A stretch of 63,815 bases of DNA, counting the filler, from Neolecta irregularis DAH-3 (lineage: Eukaryota): the NCBI GenBank assembly GCA_001929475.1. It is 7 parts of 7 records of this genome, joined end to end, with 100 filler letters (N's around TTAATTAATTAA, not from the genome) between each part and the next. Parts side by side here need not be neighbours in the genome. Positions count along the whole stretch, not along the records: positions 26,877 to 42,858 come from LXFE01000335.1; 6 more parts are not named here. The stretch is one strand, 5' to 3'. Shown piece after piece: positions 28,480 to 41,082 of this stretch; the first letter of the stretch is position 1; every line of letters begins with the position of its first letter. Both the position numbers and the translations under genes were made by a program. Below the pieces are notes generated by a model. It was not told the DNA's origin. It did not search any database and was given only the letters and a program-made list of their open reading frames with translations.

Positions 28480-29740
28480 TTCTATCAAAGTAAGTCTGAG
28501 GGAATTCATTGCTGCGCAAAATGTTCTAGAAGGTATACTTACACGGTCTTGGTAACCATCTCCGAGTTTCGTTCTTGTTTCTTCATAAGCTGTAAATCTA
28601 TCTGATGTGTTCTGAACTTCTGATCCACCAATAAAATTGCAAGTTTTATAAAACCCACCAACCTCACCGCCTGCAGTTGGCTACCTGTAGAGCAGCTTAT
28701 TTTACTGTATTGAATGAATGAGGGTCAAGTCTCAGTTTGACGGAGATTGCAGATCTGCTAGTGATAAAGAGTGCTGTCTTGTACAGATTCTAGATATCAA
28801 AGAATCATGCAATAGGAACCAATGCTGGACAACCCTTTTATTAAAAAGGGTTCTATATACCTGAAAATCAAGTAATTCTGTCCTCGCAAGTTTAGCAAGC
28901 CTGTTAAGCTCGACGATCTCTCCAGTAAATGGGACATTCGTTCCTTCAAAGTCGGGTTGTAACTACAATTCGTCAAAGAGAAAGTATCGCACCAAATATC
29001 TTAAAGCGTTCTCGAGGTTTTTGTTTCGTTTGAAATGTCCAGTGATATCACTGGCTTTGAGGTCTGAGGCACCTAGCTTGCCATCATCGAGGAGAGTTTG
29101 AAGGTTTTCAATATGAGCGCGTGTGAATTTGTAGTGGCCTTTGTTGTCGCATGGGTTGACCGTGAACGTTTAACTGTCATGTCATGCCTTGAACGCAAGC
29201 GCATGGGTGGCCACGATGGAATCCTGCGGGTCTTTGACTCATCAGAACTCGATTCTTTGTCGAACTCAATGTTGCAATCGTCACTTTGAGATTCTTCTTC
29301 AGCAGACGTAAGTGTGTTTGAGACCTAGGGGAACAGATTTGGCCGATACTGATTAGGCTGACGTAATCCCCCTTTGAATGTCCCTAGTTTTTCTCATTCA
29401 CTGACACTGCAAGCAGCACATGTGTTAGGATCACTGTGTGAAACAGCAAGGCACTTTTGTCAGCTGGCAAAAATTGAAATAAACGCAAAAATTTCTAAGA
29501 TTCATCTCGACAGTCAAAAAGATCGCCAAGAGCAAGTTCATAAAATCAATAGATTATTGTGCAGTTGTCAATAGAATAAGTGAATTTATGTCGAGTGCTT
29601 TTGGCAGATATAGTCTCACGGGATCGTTGAGACCGGATACAGATAGCTATAAAAGGGCGATCTAGCCTTCCTTTAAAGACTGTTCTAGCAGAGCTCACAT
29701 GTGAAACAGCCAGAGCAAAAAGAAAAGTTAGTTGAGACAA
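28480..29740 (-). CDS. Possible hypothetical multi-exon gene
   Basis: Protein-like open stretches on the minus strand separated by GT..AG segments of intron size; structure and ends not resolved. Confidence 0.25.
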
Positions 29741-29977
29741 GAGGAGACATACGTCTACTGCGACAAGAGGAAAGTCATTAGCTTCTTAAATATCAAGAGG
29801 AGAGACCGGCATGGGTTAAGTCCATTGACAAAAGAGGAGAGCCCGGAACAAGCAAAAATGTCAGGAACAGTCAATATGTTGTCGCAATCCCCAATCTAGG
29901 CTAAGCTAGCAGCAGCAGCAATCGCAACAATCGCAGCCGCTGTCACAGTCACAGTTGTGCCAGTGTAATCATTCCCG

Positions 29978-31208
29978 ATGCTCTCTCACTCCCAGGCACA
30001 CGACTACTTCGACTACCCCCTAGACTCCGAACCCTACCTTTTTCCAACGCTCTCCATGCCCGCCATACGAGGGGCAACAACATAACACAGGACGCCAATA
30101 ATCATCGTGATAGAAACCCAGGAGCCCATGACTCTATGCAAGACATAACCTGGGCTTACGAGATACTTTCAGATACAGAAAAGAGACTAAGGGATCAAAA
30201 GTTAGATATCGTAACCGACCTGTATAAGCACTTTTTTCAAAACTGCTTTAGACATCGTGATGAAGAGCCCACAGCACAAATGGATAGTCTGTTCACTGAA
30301 GTGTTCAATGCTAGAAGACGATACCGAGCTCTTGGAGATCCAACGAATTTATTTGATATGGTAATTTCTTTCTGTCAACAGAGACTAACGTTCCCAGTTC
30401 TTCAGCAATTTTTCTACGCCACGAAGACAACCCATACCAAGAAGAGATGCATTCCCACAAAATCCTGATTTCAACATCTTTTCTGCATCTGTACGTCGTC
30501 TTATCTCTAGTTTTTTTTGATTAGCCAGCCTTTCCATCCCGTCCATACCTCTCGATACAGCAGCCCTAATTTATATTTCACTGCTTCTGTAAAGTTCAAT
30601 CACCCTAGTTACACTAAACTTGACAGGTCTCAACGTGGGCCTCATGGTCAACACGCAACTCATACTTTCACGCGTTCCTTTTTCCAGATTATGCAAGATC
30701 CTACGAAGTTTGCGTCTTCCTTTAGAGAGAACCTAACCCATTTAGGATTCGATGGCCATGTTTGGTAACGGTGATATTAGATTCGGATGAGCCCTTCAAT
30801 GCACAATGTGACCAATCGACCAAAGTGATTGATCCTGCAAAGACTGTGCATGTCGGGTATGTCCATATGTTGAATTGTGAGTGCAAGTGTTGGAGCTCGA
30901 GTACAATAAGATCAGGTTATATTACCTTAATGAGCAAAGCTCTACAATTGCAGCCTGCGTGTTACACACGCAAGGAAGATCGGCAATTCGATGAAATGGG
31001 GCAACCTGTATTGACATCTATAGAAACTTCATGCGCTAACTTAGTTCATTGATGATCAAAAATATTTGCCGCCCCTTTTGAATATCGTCGCGGATTGCCG
31101 TGACTAGCGTATAGGATAACACCCCTGATTTCGTGCTGGAATCTTGTAAGGACACACCTCGCTTTGTCCGTGGAAACTCTACCCCTAAGACTAGCATCGA
31201 AGAATGAG
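29978..31208 (+). CDS. J-domain-like protein with HRD in place of HPD (multi-exon)
   Basis: NNHRDRNPGAHDSMQDITWAYEILSDTEKR matches the J-domain loop and helix III; gene ends uncertain. Confidence 0.55.
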
Positions 31209-31909
31209 AGGAGATCAGTCAAGTGTTTATAGGAACTATAAAAGTTTACCAGCGCATGACGATATGATGAAAACTCAGAACCTTGGCTTTAAAAGGGAAA
31301 CATGACAATATTTGATGTGAACCACAAAAATGATTAACCAATTCAAATGAAGTTAAAATTAAATGCTTAGAGCAAGTTTCCTTTTAGAAACATGAAATTT
31401 TATTTCGACACTAGGGGTTGAGCGAAGTGTTGAAATGGAAATGTGTGAGGTGATGAGTCGCGCACAGAGTTAGGTTAAATCATAATTTCACATGTATGAC
31501 GTGATATCCTTTGTCTAACGAGCCTCTTGTAACTCGTAAGAAGCCCATAGCGTAGTTTCATTCCCCAATCTTGTGAATGCGTGCAAGAGCCGAGAATAGA
31601 CTGATTGTGATCGACGGTTACGTTGAAAAATTAATGGGTAAGCGTAGGGTCTCGTCAAGAGCAAATCACCTGTTTAAAGGATAGATACTTTGTGGTTTCT
31701 TCATTAAGCCCAGTATTATTCTCTCACAAGCAAAAGATCATTGTATTTGTCAATCGTAAGATTCACTCATTGGTTTTGTAAAGTGAAACTTATGCAACGC
31801 TAATCGAAGCATCAGGGCCCCAGCAATATCTCCTGTAGAGACATAAAGTTCATAACCCAACCTTCAGAGGTCTCTCTATTTCTGCATTCTAATATTTCGC
31901 CTACCCAAT

Positions 31910-33273
31910 ATGTCCAAAATTCTGGTTCTGGGAGGTCTCAGCTTTCGAGGGAGAACTTTGAGTCTCCATATAATCAAGAATAATCTCGCTTCCAAACTAT
32001 TGATTGTGGATAAATTAGTTCCCCAAGCAGCCTTTCTTACGAAGGAAATGACAGAACTTTTTGAACCACATCTACTTCAAGCTGATATTGCTCGCCCAGG
32101 TATTTCGTTGGAGTGTCGGTTCATTGACGAAAAAAGAGTCCAGCCAAAAAGTATTCGAAAAAGAAAACTGGGAGTATGTTTATAACATGATAGCAGATAT
32201 TCCATGCAACCAAGACAATTCAGTGCTTCTTTCCTTTGAGAACTTTGGCTGACAAGTAAGGTTTACCGACATGGGATCTTGAATCAATCTGTTGTTCCTG
32301 CGTCGATAGCAATGAAGAAGGGATATTTGAAATGTTGGGTTCAAATAAGTAGTTATGAGGTAATTCAAATTATCCTCCATCAGAGTGAATACTAACCTTA
32401 GGTTTATAAATCTTCTCACGAGCCTAAAACCGAAGATTCTCCGATCAAGCCGTGTTCTAACCGAGGAAAATGGTTTGCAAAAACGGAAGCAGAACTGCAA
32501 AAAATCAAAGGGTAATAAATTATAATTTCTTCACTTGTATTGACCCACAAAATCAGCTTGCCTTTGGTAATCCTTCGAACAGCTTCGACATGGGGACCTT
32601 ACTGTGTTACGGAGTCTTTGATATGGGCTGTCATGGGAGATGTATATAAATATCTTGGGGAACCAATTCCAATGATTGGAAGGCCTGATACCAGGTATGC
32701 ATTACTTCTCCCACGTGAAGTTAACTGAGTAGACAGAATGGCGTTCATGTGAACGATGTCGTTAAAGCGTTCATCTACTTATCTATGAACTGGTATAGGC
32801 CCGGAATCATGGGCAAGAAAACTCCAATATTTAACCTTTCGGATAAACACGACATGAGCAAGTCTTGGTTTTTATGACATGACTGACAAGGAGACCAAGG
32901 CCATGTCGAAGAGCTCTACAATGGAATGTTCCAGATCCAGGCAACATACTTCCATGCACCTCGACTATTATTCAGAATTAGGCTTGAACAACTCTGTGAC
33001 GAAGTCAATGACCATATTATGGAAACATGGAATCGAATGTTGAGGCAAGCGAACATTAAATCAACTCCTATATGCCCGTACATGGATTCAGATCTTTTTG
33101 GAATTCGAGAGGTTTCAATTGATGGGACACGGATTGAAAGGGTTACCGGGTTTGAATATGACATACCGCATCCGACTCTTGAATTAGCCTTGGAGTTTAT
33201 TGATAGCTTTATCTCGAGGAAATTGTGGCCGAAAGTCACAGGACCGGGGTCCATCGAGCCATTTACTGATTAA
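31910..33273 (+). CDS. Atypical NAD-dependent epimerase/dehydratase family protein, paralog 2 (7 exons)
   Basis: Colinear similarity to 26896-28300, with six shared intron positions. Confidence 0.8.
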
Positions 33274-33538
33274 CTATAATATTTTGTTTTGTTAAACGAT
33301 ATCTGTAGTAATGGGTTTTTTTGCGAGAGTAATCCATGTAATCGCTGGCGCAATCCGAGTGGGTTCCTAGAGAGAATTGAATATTGATTTATTGTTTAAA
33401 GGTACATGCTAGAACGGAGATTGAAAAAAGCAAGCTAAAAAAGAGAAACCAAATAATAAAAGGCGGGGGGAGATAGATGCAATTCGAACGAGGATGTTTG
33501 ACGGGGATTATATGCAGATGGACATCTACCCAGGTACT

Positions 33539-34013
33539 CTACTTGGACCGACGGAAAAGTAAGATCCAGGGTTCCGGTACTTGAAATCAGGTAAATTCAT
33601 GCAAGAAGGAGAAAAATTACCGTGGGTCTCATAATGCTCCCAGCCCAGGCTCTATCGCGGGTCAGTAGAGGACTGCGGGATGGCGAAATACCTGAGTAAT
33701 GCCTAGTCCCCTCCATTCTTCTTCGTACAAGATCTTGAGAGTGCCTGTGTCGCCATCAAAATATTCCTTCGGAATAACCTTCAACATCTGTTTTGGAAGC
33801 ATGACGTGTCTATACTCGTGGGAGTCGTCTGAGTATCTGTCTATGAGTGTTTGCTCCTGACGAGAGCGCGTACCGCGGGGAATAGTGGATTAATTCTGCG
33901 AATTCCTCCAAACGAGCCCGTTCGGCGTCAGTCAGACTGCGGACAGAACGCGCATTTTTGCGCGACGGGGGCGACGAAACGAGGGCGGCGGTGTTTTTTG
34001 CGGTTGTGGCCAT
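33539..34013 (-). CDS. CKS1: Cyclin-dependent kinase regulatory subunit Cks1/Suc1 (4 exons)
   Basis: [21 protein letters not shown]...[32 protein letters not shown]. Confidence 0.96.
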
Positions 34014-34565
34014 TGCGCGACACAGTGGGTGATTGATTGATGGTGGTGAGCGGGACAGAAATGCACGCGGCGCCAACGTGTTGTGTTTTTGTTCTGACCG
34101 CCAGAAAGTGCAAATCCAATATCCACAGCTGTCGTTCAAACGGGATATGCACCAGCTGCAGAACGTTTAAATATACGTACGTACATAGGACAGTAGCATC
34201 AATAAAAAGAGCATTGAACACTCCGAGTTCGCGCTGTTTGTTTAACCAGGGAGCGAGTCGCAGCTTGTCTTGCTTCATTCACGACTACTCTAATGTATGG
34301 CAGAATGGATAAAACAGTTCTACACCAGGGCTCGGTGAAGCTACACCAGTCTTCTCATCCTTAGCATCTTATCTAAGCAAAACCCGTTGTATTAGTGCAA
34401 GAGCAAAAAGTTTCATTTCTTCACGCCCGTACATAAACATAGTGCCAATCGGATATGTTCGGCACGGTCCGATTTTCTCCGAGTCAACCAACCACCATCC
34501 TCCATACCCGACCTCCAGCAAGACTTCGCGCTCAACTTATAACGCGTCACCAAGCTCCCAACGCT

Positions 34566-36378
34566 ATGGATAAAAGAAAAGCAACATTTGAAGACGACTC
34601 GCGAAGAAGTAAAAGGTCAAAGTCAACCCCAAATTCAAACGTACTTTTGCCGTTTGTCACATACTCACTGTTTTTAGAAACCGCGAAATGATATCGCTAA
34701 GTTGTTTCGACGCGATTGTGAGAGATTACTCGAACTGTTGTCAAAGTCGCAAAATGAACAGTAGGCGACGTGGTTCACAGTGCAAAACTGACGAATAAAG
34801 CAAACAAGCATTGACAACTCATTTCGCCAAACTTCCCTCAAAAGCAAACGCCCCTGACCCATTAATAGCTGACGGTCGTAGAAACAATATGCGGATTATT
34901 ACAAGCGTATTCAAAAGCCAATCAGCCTGACCGAAATTAAGGTATCATAGATCAAAAAAGGGGAAGAAATCATACTTATTGAAAGGAAGCGTTCAGTCGG
35001 GGGACTTATACCTCGCTCGCTGCTCTCCGTGCAGATATCAAGCTCATGATTGCAAATGCCAAGAGATATAACGAAGAAGGCTCGCCTGTTTTCAACGATG
35101 CAGTAGAAATTGAGGAACCTTTTTTCTCTATGAAATCTAACAAACGTAGAAAATCATCAGCTCTTTTATACGCGAAAAAAACAAGTCGAAAACGTGGTAT
35201 GATATCGCTTTGGAGATATTAGATGATGTAGTCTATGATCAAGACGAGCACGGTCGTTATTACTCAGAGTTGTTTATGGAATTACCATCAAAAAAAGACT
35301 ATCCTGATTATTATAAAATAGTCAAAAAGCCGGTTTGCTTTGCTCAAATTGAGGTATATCTTGTTCTGCAGACGTGATGGAGACTGAGAGAAGAACTATT
35401 TGAAAAAAGGACTGTATTCGAGTTTGGAAGAGGCCGAGGCAGATCTCAAATTGATCGTCTTCAATGCAGAGACATATAATGAAGCTGGGAGTTTTGTGGT
35501 CCAGGATGCCCATGCTTTATGGGTCAATATTCCCTCTGTCAGATTACTGATCTGTAGAATTCATACCTTGTCAGCAAGGAGAAATCACCACTAGGTGGTG
35601 GACCTTCAAAAACTGTATTTCTCATAACCTCAACGCATCTTCTCTGACGATAGAACCTCAAAGTGAAACTAAACCTCTTTCAATCACCAGCAGCGTCGTC
35701 ACAAACGCCCGCCCCAAAACTCAAGATAACATTACGAAACAAACCATCTACGCCTCAAGTTCCTGTTAAATCTCAGACTCCAGAGCCATCTCCGATTGTT
35801 AATGAACTACCAACGCCCCAATTCAAATCGCCTCCAAAGGCAATGATTATACCCACTCGTCTTGCAACTCCAGCCAAGGACGAAGAGGAGGAAGTTGTGG
35901 TGCCTCCCCCAAGTCCTTCAAAGGCAGTCATTCGAGAACTTCTCGAACCAAATTGGAAGTGGAATCTTGATCGAGGTATACTGCAACATTCGATTGATAT
36001 ACTAACCGACCAGAAAATCCTCTGATAACTCTGTGCTCCCTCAACTCTCCCAAAAACCTTGGAATCGAACCTCCCTTTTTGTTGCATATTCCTGCATCCC
36101 AGACACCGTCGCCATCGATATCTCATACGCTTCCTTCCCATCACCACATGCTCTCAATAACACCATCCCTTATGCTTAACCTGCGTAATTACATTCTCAC
36201 AGTGACCGGGAATGGGAAAAAGCTGGCGCCGATGGCAAGAGGATCAAAGAGCACATTTGAGATGAAGCTCGGGTTTGGAGTGAATTTCCTGGAGGTGGGT
36301 GTTACAGCAAAAGATGTCGAGAATGAGGATTGTGTAAAGGAGAGGTTTAGGGTGTTTGTTGTGAGAAGATTTGGGTAA
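34566..36378 (+). CDS. Tandem bromodomain protein, RSC subunit Rsc4-like
   Basis: Two bromodomains (LPSKKQYADYY..IQKPISL..NAKRYNEEGS; FMELPSKKDYPDYY..NAETYNEAGS) and a C-terminal beta-rich domain (LGFGVNFLEV). Confidence 0.85.
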
Positions 36379-36458
36379 TTGTGGTTATATTGTACATGAC
36401 TCGATGTTATACATATTCCCAAGACACGCTTTTGCTTAATGCTGAAAGAGCGGGACTT

Positions 36459-36904
36459 CTATTCTTCCTCTTCAGTAATAAGCAGATTGGCAACACCTTC
36501 TTTTATCTCATATACCCTTTCGCAATTCCGACACGTCATCTTACCGCTCTTTACGTGAGTCTAGAGGATCAGTAAGGTATCCTAACATCTGATACCTGAA
36601 CAAGAATTTCGTGTAAGTCTCTTATTAGTTCATCCGATAGTTCTCCCTCTGGCTTGCTTTCCGGTAAGTTTGTAAAGCCAAGCTTTTATCAGCAAAAGGC
36701 GTAAAAAAGAGGCACTACCTCACGTGTGGTTGTAACAAGTGCAGTCCATTCTATCCGGGGTAGAACTCCGAGGATAAATTTTGGGTTGACTTTGTTGTCT
36801 AACTGTTCTATTTCTGCGTCAGAGAAACGGAGTGGAAATGCAGCTGGCTCAGACGAGCATTTCTTGATGGGGCAGGTGAGGAAATTGGCGGTTAAGAGCT
36901 TCAT
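36459..36904 (-). CDS. TRM112: Methyltransferase activator subunit Trm112 (3 exons)
   Basis: MKLLTANFLTC..AFPL..LPRIEWTAL..GKMTCRNCERVYEIKEGVANLL. Confidence 0.95.
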
Positions 36905-36963
36905 ACGTTACGCTTTTAATGCGGATGTGGACGAAAGAAAGGGTTTTGCAGTAAAGACGCCGT

Positions 36964-37440
36964 GACCCTGTCTGCATAGTCAAATAAATACATAAACTAT
37001 TTTTGAGGCTCATGATCTCCAGTCTCTTCAGTTTCTCATTATGCATTTGCTTTTCTTTAGAACTGTCATCATGGTCTTTTAAAGGTGGAGGTCCATGCAT
37101 TAAATCGATGTGCAATTTGCGTTTCAACTCTTCGACTTTCATCTGTAGCTCTTCGATATCATCGCGGACTTTATCCCTTCGATTTCTATTACTTCGCCGA
37201 GCCATACAGCTCTCCACAAAGATCAAATCACCGGTAATTGAACTTCACCTCAGTGTTTTTGCGCCAGCTTCAAGATCTTACAACAGAAAGACCACAGACA
37301 GAAACGATGCTCACATCTCCACAGCGTTAGCGTCATTGAGAGGCCGTATTCTAATCTTTTCAGACTCGTCACCGGCTAATTTCAGGCGCGGCCTAATTTC
37401 GGATTTGTGCATCCGTTGTGCAAGACGTGTGCATGTTCTC
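36964..37440 (-). CDS. Possible hypothetical coiled-coil protein
   Basis: Open frame with heptad-like RDDIEELQMKVEELKRKL; boundaries uncertain. Confidence 0.3.
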
Positions 37441-38144
37441 CGGAATTTGGGGTGTTGCTGGGCCTGAACACATCAGCAGAATAAATGGCGATCAAAGTGC
37501 CTGCTGTTTGAGAATTGTGGCGATGAGTTTGCTGTGCGAATCAAAAAGGAGGTGAGTTTTAGGGCAATAGAGGTCATCTACACGTTCAATTTACACTGGT
37601 TAAACGGTCTGTTCACAAGATCAAGCAAGGTAAAATAACATGGTGAATCATATGAGCCAGGGTGATAGTGATTTGGAAAGTAAACGAGATTTCTTCTCGG
37701 TCATTCGAATTTATTCTTACAAAACACCTCAATTGGTCGAAACATGAGCTACGTTTCCTCTTCCAAAGACCCTTGGGACGACTTTCCTGTTGATGTAATC
37801 TTCCACAATCTTGCAAAGAATTTCTTGAGAAGGGACAGGGAATTTGCCCATTCGCCTCCCTGTTACGTACTAGGTGAGTCAGTTTAAGTGAGTAGGTCTT
37901 CCGGCAAGTTTCATGTATTGGAAAACCCGGTCTTTTATAATGGAAAAATGTGGGTTCCTAAAATTTGTGACCGCGTCAATACTTCCGGAAGGAAGAACAA
38001 AATTACTATACTAGTGTCATAAACTCCGGTAGAGTCTACTGAGAGTGATACGTCATCCTCCTGAAAATCCCCACGTGCGAGTCAGAAGCTACGATTTGAA
38101 TGACTGTGTTGAAAAATATAACTTCCCTTTGACCGTGTTTCCTA

Positions 38145-39212
38145 ATGAGTTCATTTGATAGCAACCCGTATCAGGAATCAGAAGATGAGCGACCTGAATC
38201 ATCGGGCAGTTCCACGCCTATGGATACCCTTGTTTTTAATGTCAGCAAAATTGAAGATGTTCCGGCTCAAGCTGAAAGACATATGATCGAAATCAACGGG
38301 GAAATTATCTGGTCAGACATCAACATAGCGAAAGAGCGGAGCAAATACATCAGAAGAGAACTCCAGAACAAAGGAACCCTCGAAGATGCTGCCTTTACTT
38401 CTACTCCAGTCCTACGACTTCGACTTCCTTGCGAAGAGGCCGTTGTATGTATCTGTGAATACCTCAAAAATGGAGACATAGCCCAAATAACACCCTTCGA
38501 TACAGACAAAACTCTGGAGTTGAAAGCTCTGTTAGTCAACGGTCGATTCCTCGATTTCACCAACCAATATTGGGAAAAGTTTTATCGGCCACTTTTGAAA
38601 CGCAAAATTGCTGTTGCGTGGAACGGGATGTGGTGGTCGTATCCTACGATTTCAGAAACCTTCCTAGTTCGTGTGTTGCCAACAATATACGGCGTAGCAA
38701 GACTGACGGCCAGTATCGTATGGTATAACCATACCATCACCCTGAATATGAGCCTGGAAGGTATTATGAAGAAATTTATGTCGGACAATATCCGAAATCT
38801 TTGCGCAGATCAGATATCTAAAATACCACCCGATAAAGTGAAGGGTTTGAAAGAGCGACATGCAAAAGCAATGCAGTTGCTGTTGACAGACTCTGGAAAC
38901 AAAAACGTAAAACCACCGCCGGTTACTGTATCGACAGCTCAGTCAACGTTGAAAAGGTTGGAAATCGAGAACCAGACCCAGAAAGCAGAATTATCTCGGC
39001 TGAATTTGAAAATACAACATTTCCGATGTCCGCGATGTCATAAGTCTATTCCGCGAGCTGCTAAAGATACTCAAACATGCATTCATCAATGGCATATCAA
39101 GCCTACGATAACCGGAAAAGATGGTGTTATCAAATGGATTTGTTGCGGTAAGATCTTTGAGGAAGGAAAGGTAAGCGGCTGTAGATTTGAAATAAGTAAC
39201 CATATTGAATAA
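38145..39212 (+). CDS. Intronless hypothetical protein with coiled coil and C-terminal Cys/His cluster
   Basis: 355-aa ORF ending CPRC..CIHQWH..WICCG..GC..H. Confidence 0.75.
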   Translation: MSSFDSNPYQESEDERPESSGSSTPMDTLVFNVSKIEDVPAQAERHMIEINGEIIWSDINIAKERSKYIRRELQNKGTLEDAAFTSTPVLRLRLPCEEAVVCICEYLKNGDIAQITPFDTDKTLELKALLVNGRFLDFTNQYWEKFYRPLLKRKIAVAWNGMWWSYPTISETFLVRVLPTIYGVARLTASIVWYNHTITLNMSLEGIMKKFMSDNIRNLCADQISKIPPDKVKGLKERHAKAMQLLLTDSGNKNVKPPPVTVSTAQSTLKRLEIENQTQKAELSRLNLKIQHFRCPRCHKSIPRAAKDTQTCIHQWHIKPTITGKDGVIKWICCGKIFEEGKVSGCRFEISNHIE

Positions 39213-39594
39213 GAATCTGCTGTTGTCGACGGCATTGCTACATAATCATTATCTAGTAGTGATACCATTAGGCACACGAAACGTCGTCAAGCTGTTCCCA
39301 CCAGCGACCTAATGTAATGTGTATCAACGACAAATCTTGCGAAGGCAATGAGGAGTGGTTGTAGTCATAGAGATGGTCTAAATACTAAGTAACGCAAACT
39401 GTTGAAGTAAAATTCAAGTAGAGAAAGAATAGTGACATAGCAAAATTGTCAATAAACTTGTAATAAGTTCCCCAGATAATAATAAAGATTGGGATAGAGC
39501 TATTTTCTCGTTATTAATGCAACATTTCGTTCCGAACTTCGCCTACAGCAATTTCCGAAGCCTATAAAACACGAAGAACGAGCGCTATTTCCGA

Positions 39595-41082
39595 TTATTC
39601 ACGCGGAAAGACGGGCCGTGGATAACCATCAGGATTCCTGTACAAATCATTCTTACGAGCAACCCATCCTGAAGTATCGATTGGAGCCTGCCTAGGACAA
39701 CGTTCAAATTCAAACATGAAGACCTAGTTCTTGTGAATAAATATGAAAGGACGAGGTACTTTGAATCCTGAATCGCCAATTTTTTCCCAAGGTTCTCGAA
39801 TGATTTTATATAGGCCATCATAGCTATACGATTAGTTAAGGAAAACCAGTAATATGCCGTGCCGGAGCCCATTTTTAGGTTTCCCAGACCAAATCCCGTC
39901 TTTCCCTCTTATCACACGAATAGGCATTCCACGCTGCCACGAAATTCTTAGAGCTCTATTTCGACCACTCATCTCTTGATGTCGGACATGTCGTTTGTTC
40001 GTAGCGTTCCTGCCACCGGAGCCTGTATATAAAAAGACGTTGCCTATTAGATAAGCTCGTGAAAAACAAAGCGAGAAAGAACCACCATTATCACGGTCTT
40101 CTGTGTATCCACCGTTCAACAATATCGATGTAGCACCACCGTCGTCTATTGAACCCGCAATTCCGCCCTGAATAGACCGATGTACGGCATCGCGATGTAA
40201 CGTGAACCGTGAACACCACCACCAACCCTAGTGTTTTCAGCAAATGGCCCTAGAAGGCAGAAGAAAAGTACCACCGGAAATCCAGGGATCTCTCCAAATT
40301 GAGGTGCATCGCTAAGGTAATCCGAGTCTATCATTCGAGAGTTGGACCATCGTCTTGTATCAGGATTCTGGCACTTGAAGAAAATGATTCCAGGATATTC
40401 CCAGACTGCATTCCTAGGAACTGGTTTGCCCCGAAAGTGATGATAAAGGAAGGAGTGTTCTTCCGCTCTCTTCAGATCCGAAGACACAGAATGAGGTCTT
40501 CGATCTAGTGAATTTGGATATTGTGATGAAGATTGTTGCACGATAACTTTTTCGTTCTTGTCCTCTTCATCGAATAATGAATCAAAATCAGAATCGTAGT
40601 CTTGCTCATCGGATATCTTTTCCTCTTCCCTTTCAATGGAGAAAGGGTTTGGATTCAACGCTGGCGCTCGTGTCAAAGAAGATGTCGAAACGTTCATCCC
40701 GCTCCTATCCTTGACTTTTGAAAGCATTTCAGCACTATCTTCATCTTCCACTTTTACATTGCTCTTCCTATCTCCAAATCTGACAGTAATATCTTCCATT
40801 TTGAATTTGACATCATCGTACTCCATTTTGACTTTGACATCATCGTCCTCCATTTTGACTTCGACATCGTTCGCCTCCTTCTTGATCACTGCATCCATTT
40901 CGATTCCTCGAAGACGCTCCAAATCTTGCTTACTTTCTACTATCGTCAATATTTGTTTCTCGAAAGACTAAACCAGAGATTATGCTTGCTGAGTATCCGC
41001 CTTTTAGGCCCTGCGAAACAATGACTTCTAAACATTCTATTTGAAGCCGACGCAACTCTTCGCTAGTTATTTTCGATGGCAT
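39595..41082 (-). CDS. SRA/YDG-domain protein
   Basis: Spliced translation gives FGEIPGFPVGWWW..VHRSIQGGIAG..ATSILLNGGYTEDRDNGNVFLYTGSGG..NRALRIS..PIRVIRG..GLRYDGLY. Confidence 0.88.

Noticed and set aside
19861-33273. FAS2 plus SDR pair as a secondary-metabolite cluster
   Set aside because: FAS2 looks like the housekeeping copy; no FAS1, PKS/NRPS, P450, transporter or cluster regulator is nearby.
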